A stretch of DNA of 63,350 bases, counting the filler, from Sanchytrium tribonematis (Eukaryota), in the NCBI GenBank assembly GCA_018985235.1. It is 18 parts of 18 records of this genome, joined end to end, with 100 filler letters (N's around TTAATTAATTAA, not from the genome) between each part and the next. Parts side by side here need not be neighbours in the genome. Positions count along the whole stretch, not along the records: positions 1 to 17,689 come from JADGIG010000121.1; 17 more parts are not named here. One strand, 5' to 3'. Positions within the stretch are counted from its first letter, which is position 1. The number at the start of each line of letters is the position of its first letter. Shown here piece after piece: positions 1-12,649 of the stretch. The notes beneath the pieces are model-generated. The model was given only the letters and a program-made list of their open reading frames with translations. It had not been told where the DNA came from and did not search any database. A program made the position numbers and the translations under genes.

Positions 1-1
1 A

Positions 2-3000
2 TTTCTGGACAGTGATGTCAAATCCATTATAATAAATATAAATCTTGATGGTGGCTCGCGTGAATGTATGCCAGAACCAGATGATCAAGAACTTTCGTCA
101 GAGTGCATCATTTTTGATCAAATCCAAAATTTAGACTTGATCTCATTCAACTGCCGTGGAAATCCCAATCAGCTTCTGGACAAGGAGCTTAAAGAACTAA
201 TTGACAACCATAGACCGAGCATTATTCATCTAACCGAATTCCGTCTTAAAAAGCCTATCTATTTAAAAGGCTACAAATCTTTCCCAATGCCATTTTCTCA
301 TGAAGTGGACCGACAAATTCTCTATTGCAAGAATTACATTGAAAATGTTACTATCGTCAGTAATAGCACACATAAATTTGCACACACGATTAAAATCAAT
401 GATGAATATTTTACATTTTCGTATTTACCTCCCAGAATCCAACAAATGGATGATATTTACAGAGAGCTACAATTTGGAATGCGTCACAAGGCCTACATAG
501 TAGGCGATATAAACAAAAAGGTACCTGCTTTACAAAATGGCCATGATCGCCATGGCAGATCATTTGAGAGTTTTATGACGAACAATTGCTATGAACCAAT
601 AAACACTCCAATGGTTCCCACCATGACTCAGGGTGGGAATATACTAGACCAATTATGGTCACATAATGCACAATCTTTTAAAATTTCAAGTTTTAAAGTG
701 TTAAATGACAGTAGAACATCATCTGATCACTTCCCAATATCTTTCTCTGTGGACTTAACTAGTACTCTCTTTGTTCCGCGCTCTATTAAATGGAATAGAC
801 TCAAACATGACTCTGATTCTCAAGACTCATTAAAGAAATATCTAGACAAAAAGCATAAATTGATATTAAGTGAAATCGATACTCTGGATGTAAATGCTAT
901 ATGGGAGAGATTCAAATCTAGTGTAATTAGTGGTGCTGTAAAGTGCCTGGGCAGTGATGGTGTACTTGATGGGAAATTGATGAATGAGAAAGATGAGTTG
1001 CTTTTAACTTGGAATACTAGAAAGAAGAAATTCAAAGCTCAATTAAGGAAAGCGAGAACTGGAAGCACTCGCAGTACTAATCTTAAACGAAAAATTAATG
1101 AATTGACGAAGAAAATCACCAAATCACAAAAAAAGATGAGGACAAATGATTTTGACAAATATTTAAATAAAGTGGGAGGGTGCCAATCACGAGCCTACAT
1201 TGAAATGTGCAAGCTCCGATCAAATACTAATAGACAGCAGCAGAATTTCAAATGTGATCTAGAAACTACTATTCAATTTCATAAAGAACACTTTGAGAAC
1301 CATCATTCCAGATGGCCCACTCTTCCAACAGCCATTGATCAAGTAACATACACAGCTGCTCAAGAAATATTCAATATTGACTCGGTAACTCATTACTTCA
1401 AAACCACCAATTCTCAAAAGATCTCAGGAGATGAAATTCCCTCTTTGTTGTATAAAAATCTTCCAGACTCTAGCTATTTACTACTGCAACATCTATTTAA
1501 ACAATGCTACCTACTGAATCAGCTTCCCAATCAATGGCAGACATCCCGTATAATTGAGATATTCAAGGATGGGGATTTTGGAAATCCTTCAAGGTTTCGT
1601 CCAATAAGTTTGCTTTCCACTTGTTTTAAAATCATGCAGCAGATGATTTACTTCAATTTCTATCGACTCCAAATATTCAATAATATATCCAATAGACAGC
1701 ATGGCTTTATCCACAAGCGCAGCTGCTCTTCTCAAATTTATTCTGTTTTAAAACAAATTGATCTTTTTAATGCTGATAATGGTAGTGTCTACTGTTTGTC
1801 ACTGGATTTAAGTTCAGCATTTGACACAGTACCGCACTCTGTTATATTTGAGCATTTAAAACCCATTTTGAAACCACATGATATAAATATTCTTAAAAAT
1901 ATCATAACTAATCAAAGAATGACATTGCGAAGAGATCATACTCAAACAAGTATTGGGATGGGTAGAGGAACACCTCAGGGTGGTACTCTCTCCCCAATAC
2001 TTTTTGCTTATGTGATGGACCAAATTATTCAAAATATACCAGATTCGCCAAATTTTACCATTCATCTCTATGCTGATGATATTATTGTCATTTGTAGGTC
2101 CTACAATGAACTAGTTACTATTACTAATCAAATCAATGCATTACTGACTCAATATGGCTTTAAAATTAATATTACAAAATATCAATTTATTACAAATGAT
2201 GACTCAGTCGAATCAATTCAACTGGATGATGAAATATCAATACCAAAGCAAGAGTATTTGAAATACTTGGGCATGTTTTTAGATGCCAATGGTATTCATT
2301 ATGAGAAGGATATTCAAATGAAATTGGCTAAATGTAATTTTGCAATCTCCACGATCAGCTGGACTAAACAGTACTTACAATTTAAATCTTCATTTCATCG
2401 CTTTTACAAGGGCGTTATCTTACCTATATATTGCTATGGCATTGAAAATTATAATCAGTATGGGCGTGAACAGCTTGAAATTCATAGAAAATCCATTATA
2501 AAGAAAATCCATTCGAATAAGTACAGATATTATCAGTATTTGCATAATTATGTTGACATAGAACACCAATATGCCATTAAATTATTTGCATTTAATGATC
2601 AACTAGAGAATTTGGGACTTGCACAAATTCCGTGTGCTTTTGAATCTAAAAAAGATGTATATTTGGATAACGAGGCATTGATGGCAAAAGAATGGGATGA
2701 ACAGCCACAGAGTTACAGAAGCAGTCATTTCAAAACATCTGATCAAATCATGATCCTTGCAAGAAAAAAGAATGTTGCACATTTGCAACATCTATTGGAC
2801 TCATTTCTGACTGGAACAATGCCATTGAAACCCATTAAAAACAAGAGAGTTAAATGTAGATATTGTAATCGAGATTTCCAGAACTTGGATCATTACAGAG
2901 ACTATTGCAATGGGGAATTGCCATTTTACATCTCCAGAAATAGTATTTATAGAAATTTAAAGTCTAACTCTAAACAAGTCATCTATAAACAGTTGAAATT

Positions 3001-3043
3001 TCTAAAAAACTGTGTTTATTCAGTGTATCAGTCTATGCATTAG
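2..3043 (+). mobile_element. Non-LTR retrotransposon (LINE) ORF: APE endonuclease + reverse transcriptase + C-terminal CCHC finger; intact, 5'-partial
   Basis: APE motifs SFNCRG, LTE, VGDIN, LD, SDHFPI. RT motifs FRPISLLS, QHGF, LDLSSAFDTVPH, GTPQGGTLSP, YADD (2069), KYLG. Finger CRYC-x7-H-x4-C. The frame is open from position 2, upstream of the ATG at 68. Confidence 0.95.
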
Positions 3044-3049
3044 ACGGCT

Positions 3050-3126
3050 GGATGGACCGAGATGTGGCTTTAAACACCACTTTTATCTCACACCAATCCT
3101 AAATCAATAAATATCTTATTATCTTA
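3050..3126 (+). other. LINE 3' end: stem-loop, AATAAA and short TATCTTA repeat tail
   Basis: GGATGG..GAGAT-GTGG can pair with CCAC..ATCTC..CCAATCC (3050-3099). AATAAA at 3106-3111, then TATCTTA-T-TATCTTA. Confidence 0.5.
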
Positions 3127-3829
3127 AAATCAGCACAGTTACAATTTATCAAAAAATCCGATTTCAGAACATTTTCATTTATATTTGAGAAAAGATGCTT
3201 GATGATTATCCCATCAATGTACAAAAGCATGATCGGAAATACATTTGCATTTATGAATTCTCATCCAGAATATTCACATTATATTGGCGATGCTATTGTT
3301 TATAATGAGCTTGCTTGGAAAATTGCACTGTATAATGACCCAAGACTAAAAAAACTGGAAATTAAAAGACTAGAAGGATTTATTTTAGAAAGAGGAACCC
3401 CATACATTATGTAAAGACCGGTTTCAAGTCTTTTTTCCAGCACGTACTTCCATTTTTATTGTAAAATTATTAAATCAATTGAAAATTATGATAATATCTC
3501 TTTTGAATTTGCAAATTTGCGATGGCCAAATAAAATTAAAAAATCCATTGATAAAACAAAACCAATTGATACTTCAAATACTGTGCAAATTGATAACCAT
3601 CAATGAACACTTTAAAAGTACCAATTCCAAGAATTGATTCGAAACTAAATCCTCCTAATAAGAAACAAAGTGACAAATTGGACCGCCAAACAAACAAATT
3701 GGACAAAAGAGAAGCCACAAAGTATAAATTCACAACATCAATCTCACAAATGAGATCAGCACCAATCACCAGCAATGCAAGCAACCCCAAATTGTTTTTA
3801 AATTGGTAATTGATTCAATTGCAGAAATG

Positions 3830-5798
3830 CGAGAATAGTCACCAAACATGACCATTGCGCACTTAAACCTAAAATTACCCTCAAAATCAATGATTTTAAA
3901 ATGAAACATGTACATGATCAAGCAACAATCATTTCACCAAACTCATGTTTTTACATTTTAGTAAAGAATTATACAATTTCTCCAGTCGAAATTCAAATTG
4001 ACAAGAGGAAGCATGATGTATTTGTTCCAATTGAATTTCGAATTGATGATATTTTGCCGATCTTTGTTAGAGAACAACCAGCAGATTTTGTCATTTTAGT
4101 AAATAACAAGCAATGGATTACATGAAATCAACCAAATACAGTCAAGGGTATTCAAATCACAGCAAACATGACTAAAAAGGCAGTAAAAACTATGAATTAT
4201 TACTGGCCGAATTGCTACATAATTCAACTACTAGATTTATAGAAATACTTAAAATACTTTAATGCGATTGGATTAACATGACTGGTGCCCAATTTTATGC
4301 TAAATAATTATATCGTGCCAATTCATAAGGGAAAAATCAACGCTACGAGGATATACCTGGTTACCGGCCAATATGTCTTTGCAACATGATGCGCAAGCTA
4401 ATTGAGATCCTATTAGAACCACAAATCATGGGTTCTTTGCAAACCGCGGCAAATCAATTTGTCTACTATGTATGCTGCCTGATACTTGGAACAGCAACTA
4501 GTTGAAATGGGACATGATCCAGAAGAATACGCCATGTTTAAAGTAGATATTTCGTCTGCATTTGATAAAGTTACGCATGAACAGTTGTTAAACATATTCA
4601 GATCGTTAAACATCCCGGACAGTTTGATGGCATTGTTGACAAATCTGTGTACCCGTCAGAATATTCAATTATTAATAGTCAAAGGGGGATATTGCAAGGA
4701 ACATGCATGTTCCCTATTGTGTTTACATAATTCATTACCTGAAATATGTGCTGAAATAGATATTTATTAATACGGTCATCGAATCCCTCACTGGTATTTC
4801 AATTCATTGCCCAGTTGATGATATTCGTATTGGTGTGGATACGACACGTATTTAGCCCGTTGGCAAAAAATGACCGGCAGCTTTATGAACCGTGTTTCGG
4901 TCAAGGCAAATAAATTGGATCTAATATAATATGTCAACAAGAGTAATATGGGATTCTCAATGGATAAACAGCTATTGGACATGACAGATCAAGCACTCGT
5001 ATTAAAAGCAGTGTTTGGCAGAAAATACAAAAATAGACCAAAACATTGTAGTATCTGTATAAATATACAGAGAATGCTTTAGAAATCCACCTGAACAGCT
5101 TTGCTCAAAAACAACAAATTTGAAAACTATTTAACTCCCTGAATCATCGAAATTGACGTTGGAAAATTATCAAAATGCATTGACTAGTGAGGACACACAT
5201 GTACTGTGATGCATCATATCATGAACATCCAACCACCCAATCCAATGCAGGCAATGTCGTATTAACAAACTCAATTAAAATTATCAAATCCTACAAACTA
5301 GGAAAATTATAACTAGATGATTCAACCAGAGCTGAGATTGGCTTATTGTGTTGTGCAATAAAAGCAATACAAGCAATTCCCAGTATATTAGCAAAAAAAA
5401 TATTATATTTTACAGTGATAATTCTGCAGCCATTGATGCATTAGAACATGCTCAAAACGGTGATATTTTACTCTATAATATATTATTGTGACTTAAACGC
5501 ACAGATCTTTCCATTATTGACACCGAATATCTCATTTGAATATACGAAAGCACATGATGAGCAAAATAGAGAAAGTATAAATCATGCCGCTGATTATTTG
5601 ACACATTTCCATAGACAATCACCATTTGGGCCGCTAAAATTGACGATTGCAGATACATCCAAGAAATTGAGAAAGAGAAAAGAAAAAAATGATGCTTTGC
5701 GACTGCAATATGTGAAAGAATCCAATTTAACATATCACAAAATTCGTATATTCGATGGTATACATGGAAAATGTAGAATTGCTACTGCTTCTACCTAG
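3830..5798 (+). pseudogene. Decayed non-LTR element with RT and RNase H remnants
   Basis: Fragments across frames: PIHKGK, GYRPICLCNMMRKLIE, KVDISSAFDKVTH. RNase H acidic motifs YCDAS (about 5200), TRAEI, FYSDNSAAI, KAH..N..AD. Many stops and frameshifts. Confidence 0.75.
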
Positions 5799-6289
5799 TG
5801 TAGATAGCTTACATGAGCCAAATTTGTCTCAATAAATTTATTAAAAAAATGGCTTCTGTAGCCATAAATTGGCTGTTTTATTGGCTTTGGGCTAATACCT
5901 GAATTTATTTTTGTTATAAAGACGCTGATTGCTACTATCAAACCATGAATGTCATTACTGTTAATGGTAAGAATCGGAACTGATCCAAAGAAGGCTCGAA
6001 GAAAAACAGCTAATGGTATGGTAGATGTGGCAGAACTCAGAATTATTAGCTGGTGTATCCTACACTAATTTTTACAGTGTCACTTTATGGGGAGGTCGAT
6101 TTGTTAAAATTGTGAGAATTTTCGTTAAAGGGAGTGCAGTTAACGTATTCCTAAGTGACCGTTAAAAAACACCACGTTTTTAAATTTATTTTTTTCTACA
6201 AATGTGTGAACCTTGGAACGGATGTCAAAAAAGCGGATTTTGGAGCAATCGGATAGAGTTACAGATGAAGAACTAAACACCAAGTATAA

Positions 6290-7880
6290 TCAAACAGAAA
6301 GACTTGATGTAATTGTGCTTGTAAATTTTATCGTTTCAGTATTGTTGCCATTAAATAATCCAGTGTACCATATACCAGAATCATTATTTTTAAATAGCAT
6401 TAATTTCGGCTGAACAGTCCCACTACCTATTAAGTAAGCAGCTAATCCTGTCGCGGCAGTTAAAAGTATGTTTAAATTATTACCATAATGTTGAATTGTT
6501 TTTAAAAGACTTGATTTTCCACTTCCTGGGCCTCCTTGTATAATAAATCTATTATGCGTACTATTTAATATCATATTAAGTGCGTAATATTGATCTGGTG
6601 ATAAATTCAGAATAGGAGTGTATGAATTATTAGGAGAATGTAAACTGTACATAGACATTCCTTCGGCCTCTTCAAATCTATTGCAATAAGTATCAATTTG
6701 ATTGTCCATAAATATGTCATCTGCATCTGCATCTAATTGTCTTATTCTAGATATTGGTAAAAGAATCCGACTATAAATCATACTGGAACAGCAAGCTATT
6801 CGAACAATTTTTGTGTCGAACATAGTTACTTTTTGAGACGTCAACAAATGAGCTAACTCATGTGTAGTATAAGATCTAGTTTCTAAATATCGAGTAATTT
6901 CATCTCGATTATCAAGATGAACATTGTAAGGTTCTTCCTTAGTGCAGTATTTGGTAATTTATTTAGCAAAAATTTCGGAAGTCACAATTTTGATGTCCAT
7001 ATTACTACCCCGCATTTTTAAAATATCAGAATTGTAAGAGTTAATCAAGACATCTGCTGCACTTCTTTTTAAAACGGATCTTTGAAAATCAAAAAAACTT
7101 TCTGACGATACAATTTTGGTATTATTAAATCGACATCTTGAGGTGCCATTGAAGTACAATAAGCTCCACGGGAATAAACAATGTAAAATAGCATTGGATC
7201 GTCATTATAATCAGGAATACCACCACTAATAGAATTTAGTAAATCTGTAAAAAGCATTTCTGAGGAGACATTTGTATCGTTTAACCATAGAAATAAATGA
7301 CAATGAACAGTACCCCTATGTTGAAACTCGTATTTCCTAAAGTTATGTTTAATGGCATATCCACTATATCCATTAGTGGTAATAAATTTGATCATTTTGT
7401 TGATTCGTTCGCAACAATAATTATTACTTAGAACTGGATTTTGGACATACCAAATGCTGTCTAAATTTTCTCCTAAACCATTTAATTGTTTCGAGTTTAA
7501 ATAGAATGTATACAAAGGGTTATTATTTTTTAAGGCCGATTTGACTCTTTCATTATTCACGAATTGAAAATTGTTGTAGCTACTATTTATACCTATTAAA
7601 CCACTTAAATCACGCCAGCAGTCCCAATTTACGCTTAGTTGACTTTGCCCTAAGTATGACATATAATCTCTATTTGAAGGACAAGCGTATTGACCATATA
7701 GTTTAATAAATCTTAATAAGCTTCTTGATCATTGAGATTGATTAATTCATTTGGAATTTCATCTAAATGTATTGGAACGCATCCATTCCTGCATTTCCAA
7801 GTAAATGGTATTTTTTCATAATTAATTTTTACAGCGGTCTTCTTTTTTAAAATATTACAATTACTACACAAAAAACAATT
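6290..7880 (-). mobile_element. Decayed Helitron/Helentron RepHel gene
   Basis: VKSALKNNNPLY. HUH Rep motif KYEFQHRGTVHCHLFLW. FAK*ITKYCTKEEP (YxxKYxxK with the first Tyr replaced by a stop). PIF1 Walker A IQGGPGSGKS and TAATGLAA. Frameshifted and internally deleted. Confidence 0.9.
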
Positions 7881-8140
7881 ATGTCAAAATTTAAGTAATC
7901 AATTGGCTCTACTTCCGAACTTATACCTGGAACATGCGATAAAAATCTATGATAAGAACTATATCTCTCTAATGCTTAGTGAGTTAATTGCCCAGTTCTA
8001 TAAAAATGAAAATTAGAATGGATTCATTTAACTCATAAAATAATTGACAAGTAACTTCACTAAAATAATGACGTTGCACTTCTTGGAAGTTATAATCTAA
8101 AATATTAATCTTAGACAATGACACACTAACAAATAATGAT

Positions 8141-8668
8141 ATGAGAATGCTGTTCATTACATACAACATGGCCTTTTGTAATAATGTCAACGTAATGTTT
8201 GGAAACGTTACAAGATATACAGACCCTAAATACAAATCCGATTTCCAAAGTGGAGTTTTTGCTATTAATAATACTTTAAATGATTATGCTGATGATTACG
8301 TGACATTTTATTTAATTGAGATACTAAATTTACTTATTTGAAAGCAATTAGAAATATTAAAAATGGAGATAAATTAGTGGCATTCTACGGTGATAATTAT
8401 TTTGGAAAAAATTCAGCAATGTCAACGCAAGGTTTGTAAAAAACGATTTCCAGAATTAGAACTACATTTTAAATCATCAGAAACTTTAAGATTATATAAA
8501 AACTACAACAGTCATTTCCACCCTAATAAGAATGTATTAAATGCTTATAAATCTAACTGGAAAGAGATGAGTGATAAGACGTATATTGCATTTCATGAAA
8601 TGACTTCTTATCCAGAAATTGCCGAATTTCTTCATCCCACGAACCAATATTTGCTTCCAAACTATTAA
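8141..8668 (+). pseudogene. Decayed SET-domain gene remnant (SET C-terminus + post-SET, Set9/SUV4-20-like)
   Basis: 8341-8412 reads KAIRNIKNGDKLVAFYGDNYFGKN. After a 1-nt shift it reads QQCQRKVCKKR, like a post-SET CxCxxC with one Cys replaced by Arg. Confidence 0.55.
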
Positions 8669-8850
8669 TGCTACGAGAAAATAATTACAGATAAATATAT
8701 CAAATTGAAAATAATGAAAGTAGACTCTAAAACAAAATTCATATCCTTAAATCTGAATTACAATTATTTGACAATAACAATGATTTTGATTTAATACAAA
8801 TAGAACAAAACTTATTAAAAAGCAAAGAAGCAAAACATTATTATAAATAT

Positions 8851-9366
8851 TTGACTTATTATTATAAAGAAATTCACTACATTGCTTCATATTCACAAGT
8901 TTTAAAGGAATTGCGAGTTGATAAAACAACAACATATTGGTTTGAATATTCTGTGGTCGACGGCTTGGAAGGCGAATCTTTGCCATACCATGCTTATATT
9001 GTCATGTTTGACTGGAAAAAAGAAACAAACACTGTAGCAATTACAATTTACGAAGCGGATCCAAATTATGGATCTACCAAAGAACTGCCATTTCGTAGTC
9101 TTACACCATGGGCATTAAACAGATCCATTGCATATATAGTCACAAAAAATTGTGAAAACAAATCATATACAATTGATTTAGTTTGTGGTTTCCAAAAAGA
9201 CAATGATAAATGTCATACTGCTGCAAAAAATTTATTATTTATGAGTCATATAGTTCAAAATATAGAATTGCCAGTCGCAATATCAAGAGAAAGTCTAAAA
9301 AGAATGCAAGAAATAAGCAACGTGATACAATTGAAACGAAAAAGACTAATACAGAAAAAGAAATAA
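8851..9366 (+). CDS. Putative cysteine-protease-like domain (His-Asp-Gln-Cys order as in clan CE/Ulp1-type); probably the C-terminal part of the SET-containing ORF
   Basis: YHAYIVMF ... IYEADPN ... GFQKDNDKC. Same strand as, and just downstream of, the SET remnant. Confidence 0.35.
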   Translation: MTYYYKEIHYIASYSQVLKELRVDKTTTYWFEYSVVDGLEGESLPYHAYIVMFDWKKETNTVAITIYEADPNYGSTKELPFRSLTPWALNRSIAYIVTKNCENKSYTIDLVCGFQKDNDKCHTAAKNLLFMSHIVQNIELPVAISRESLKRMQEISNVIQLKRKRLIQKKK

Positions 9367-9476
9367 ATTAGTCGATTTCAATGACTTTGATACAATTAAT
9401 TTTCGCAGAGAGTTACTAGTATACTGTATATTTTGCCTATTAATCAAAACAAATTAAGTTTTTAAACGATTCTTTT

Positions 9477-11000
9477 TCAATCACCAAATCGACTCTTCTT
9501 TTTTAAATGATTTTTTAAATTGGTATAAACACTCTTGAATGACTTTGGATTCATATTCTGAATGTCAAATAGCTTGTATTTAGCAGGAGAAGTAGCTGGA
9601 ATGCCTTCTTGATTTTTTAATAATTTTATCAAATTCTCCTTGGAATCCATTTTTCGACAATCTGGCAAATACATAATATCCAGAGCTATGGTATTATCGT
9701 GACAGTTATTCAAATACTTGGGTGCAGCAGTGCTGATCTGCAAAACTATTGCTTTCATATCCACATCCAGAGTCATAATATGATCCAAGGCAAGATCAAA
9801 ATCGATTAATAATGCGTAAATAATAGGATTAGCAGCGTGATTATCTGACTTAATCCAATGTTGGATAATAAAATCTTTAAATCAGCCAAATTAATCTGTT
9901 TCAAAATGGTTTATGTTTTTGAATTCTCTTTATTTGAATGATGGGTGCATGTTATATGCAAAATAGAGCGCATAATATGAAATACAGCCTGTACACTATG
10001 CTTCATATCATCATTGATACATTGGATTTTAAACTTATGGTGAATATTCAAAAAATTGGCTAATAAAGCCACTTCTTGGAAGCTGTTAAACTTAAAGTGA
10101 AAGTCTTTGCCGTGGCTTGATCTGATTAAGCATGACGGTTTAGACTAAAAAAGTCAAAAGTTGAGTCAAGTCTGTCTCGACTTAAGGCAGACTCTTAAAT
10201 TTTCGACTTGACTTAACTTGACTTAGTCGCTAGCTGGAGTCAATTTAAAATAGACCTATAAATTGATCATATTTTACTGAAAATTCCCAATTTTTAATTC
10301 TAATTCGTTGTATATGTATTTTATTTGTATGAGGGTTTTAATTTTAATAAGTTGAAGCTAAAAGACACCCTAGTTTCTGATTTAAAATTTTCTCAAGTTC
10401 AAAATTCTTGAATATTATTTAATAAATTATTTAAAACAGTGGTTTTATTGTCACTCTTATTCACAAAGGATAGCTTTCAGGTCATTCTGACAATGATATT
10501 GCTAAAAATAACCAATAAAAGATCAATATTAACCAATAAAAGTCGTCAAAAAATTCGACTTAAAAATGTCTCAGTTAGCGACTTAAGGCAGATTATTTAT
10601 TTTTCGACTTGACTCGACTTGACTTAGTCTAAACCGTCATCTATAGATCTGATCAATAAAACCTACTTGAATTAATCATGTTTTTTGCATAAAATAGTGT
10701 CATCCGGGTGAGACAAAGGATACATCTGTAGTGACGTGGTGTATAAAGATCAATATTAAATTCGAAATTATGGTGTGCGCAGAGTGCTTGGATTGATTCG
10801 CACCTCTCATCAAATGACATGGGGACGTCTTCTTTACTTAGAAGCACCAGTGGATCTCTTCCATATAAGAAAAAATATTATTCGTTGTTGTTGCACCAAA
10901 ATCGTTATCTTTAATATCTGGAGCAACATGTGAGAAGACAAGAAATGATTGTTTTATTGCTTATAGTTTTTTACAGGACTTGGCGGTTCTCCGAAAAACA
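9477..11000 (-). pseudogene. Possible highly decayed hAT-like transposase, interrupted by the MITE
   Basis: Weak fragments only: GATTTNN, HYRC, AYNMHPSFK, IQHWIK, and IVLQISTAA..RKM..ENLIKLL (dimerisation-domain-like). Many stops. Confidence 0.3.
10127..10645. mobile_element. 519-bp non-autonomous hAT-type DNA transposon (MITE) with 8-bp TSD
   Basis: TSD GATCTGAT at 10119-10126 and 10646-10653. TIRs TAAGC-ATGACGGTTTAGACTAA (left) and TATAG-ATGACGGTTTAGACTAA (right, reverse complement), with a 17-bp perfect core. Subterminal GACTT/AAGTC arrays. An internal ~50-bp direct repeat at 10178 and 10579. Confidence 0.9.
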
Positions 11001-11204
11001 TTGAAAAATGAAACTAATTTGATTTTATTTTTTACAATCTCTGTAAAGAAGGTCAGAATCTGCTGTAAAATCACCATATTTTCTGTTATTTATAGTCCAA
11101 TCAATCATTAAAAAATTTAACAAAAATCCTTGCCGTAATAATTACGATCCAATTAAATGCATTCACAGGTATTTATGAAAAATATCTTCCCCATTCTAAT
11201 TGAG

Positions 11205-12371
11205 ATGAAGTTTGAATACGAGTCATTAATGAATCCCTCAAAACAACAAAAAGCCATCAGATTTGCCAAATTTCAATTCTTTAGGAACGCAAGATTGATT
11301 TCGTTGGTAATAATCTTGATATTTGGTTTCGTCGTATATCTCGCAACATCTGCAGCTGATACTGGTATTCAGACATCCAGCGAACCAACAATCGCTATGA
11401 TTCTTCCATACACAGGTGAAACTCCAGAATACGCAAAACACTTTTTTAAATCGGTCGAAAACAAGAAGATTGATTTCTATTTCGTTTCCACAGAAAATAA
11501 GACTGTGATTCCAGAGCAGCATCGTCACCTTTCCAATTTAAAGCAAATTTATTTGGATACTGAATTTTACGAATATGTTGCAAATCGTTTATGCCAAGTT
11601 TATACATGTACTGAGGAGGATAAACAGCGCATGGTTCAAATATTCAAGATTAGATTCCAAGTCAAGCATAATCTATCTGAATTGAAGACATTCAGCCCTT
11701 TTATTTTCAATGATTATTTAAAAGATTATGATTACGTTGGATGGACAGACGTCGATATTGTGTATGGTGATATCTCTATGCTGTATCCACACTTGAAATA
11801 TGATTTCATTACATTGACTATTGAATCTGATGTAGGCCTGCTTTACTTGCGAGGTCCGTTTACAATTATGCGAAACAGAATGGATGTTTTAAAGTCATTT
11901 AGCGAGTACATGTCTTTAGACTACTTTTTTAAGGTATTTAAGCCTACTAGTGACGTTAGCAAGATTGATTTAGTGCGAGAGGAAGGCGGGTACTCGAAAT
12001 ATATCGTCAAATCCAAATATTCAACTGCATTTCTGCCATTTAGGTCGGGTTTCTATAGTTGCAAGAAACTCTTGCATATTGCTGGTCATTTGGAATGTTT
12101 AGATTATAAAAGCCACAAAAAATTTAAGCCATTTGTTGCAAAAGATCCCCTAGTTTTGGATTTGCCAGATGGAATTGTCAAGAAATGTAATATATTTTGG
12201 GTCCCGAAAGAGGACAGAATGTGTATAAGAGCACCGTTCGGATTCACATTCACTAAAGATGGCCAGGCAAAGGTTTATAAGCAAGATAATCCTGGTAGTT
12301 ATCATAAAACTCCTTTACTGCATCATTACCAATTTCACAAGGACAAGTTTGAAATGGACTTTGTAGAGTGA
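11205..12371 (+). CDS. DUF6625-like putative glycosyltransferase, type II membrane protein (copy 1)
   Basis: N-terminal TM, then IAMILPYTG..PEY..FFKS, LSELK..F..YLKDYDYVGWTDVDIVYGDI (DxD). Likely start MKFEYES; an upstream in-frame ATG exists at 11157. Confidence 0.75.
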   Translation: MKFEYESLMNPSKQQKAIRFAKFQFFRNARLISLVIILIFGFVVYLATSAADTGIQTSSEPTIAMILPYTGETPEYAKHFFKSVENKKIDFYFVSTENKTVIPEQHRHLSNLKQIYLDTEFYEYVANRLCQVYTCTEEDKQRMVQIFKIRFQVKHNLSELKTFSPFIFNDYLKDYDYVGWTDVDIVYGDISMLYPHLKYDFITLTIESDVGLLYLRGPFTIMRNRMDVLKSFSEYMSLDYFFKVFKPTSDVSKIDLVREEGGYSKYIVKSKYSTAFLPFRSGFYSCKKLLHIAGHLECLDYKSHKKFKPFVAKDPLVLDLPDGIVKKCNIFWVPKEDRMCIRAPFGFTFTKDGQAKVYKQDNPGSYHKTPLLHHYQFHKDKFEMDFVE

Positions 12372-12649
12372 TGAGCACTACTACATTAATAAAGTAATTT
12401 TTATTTGAATTTCCATAAGAAGAGTTATTTTCCTTTACTACAATTTATGGATTTCAAATTTTGCAAAAATTCCAATTTCCGACCCTTAATTCTCGAGAGG
12501 GTAAATGATTTAGCGGCATTGTTTGTATTTTCTGTGAGCAATATACATTAACCAATCAAACTAAACAACAATACTTGCCCGAATAATTACGATCCAATTA
12601 AATGCCTTCACAGGTATTTATGATTAAAATCTTCCCCATTATAATTGAG

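Noticed and set aside
3199..3809. Short ORFs between the two retroelements (including YNDPRLK)
   Set aside because: Too short and decayed to assign. Possibly TE debris.
5790..5860. CTAG plus small hairpins as the Helitron 3' terminus
   Set aside because: The A/T insertion context and hairpin spacing do not fit convincingly.
11169..11204. Possible 36-nt GT..CTAAT..GAG intron before the DUF6625 start
   Set aside because: GAG acceptor, in frame with no stop, CTAAT not kept in copy 2, and not needed to make the protein. More likely promoter or 5' UTR.
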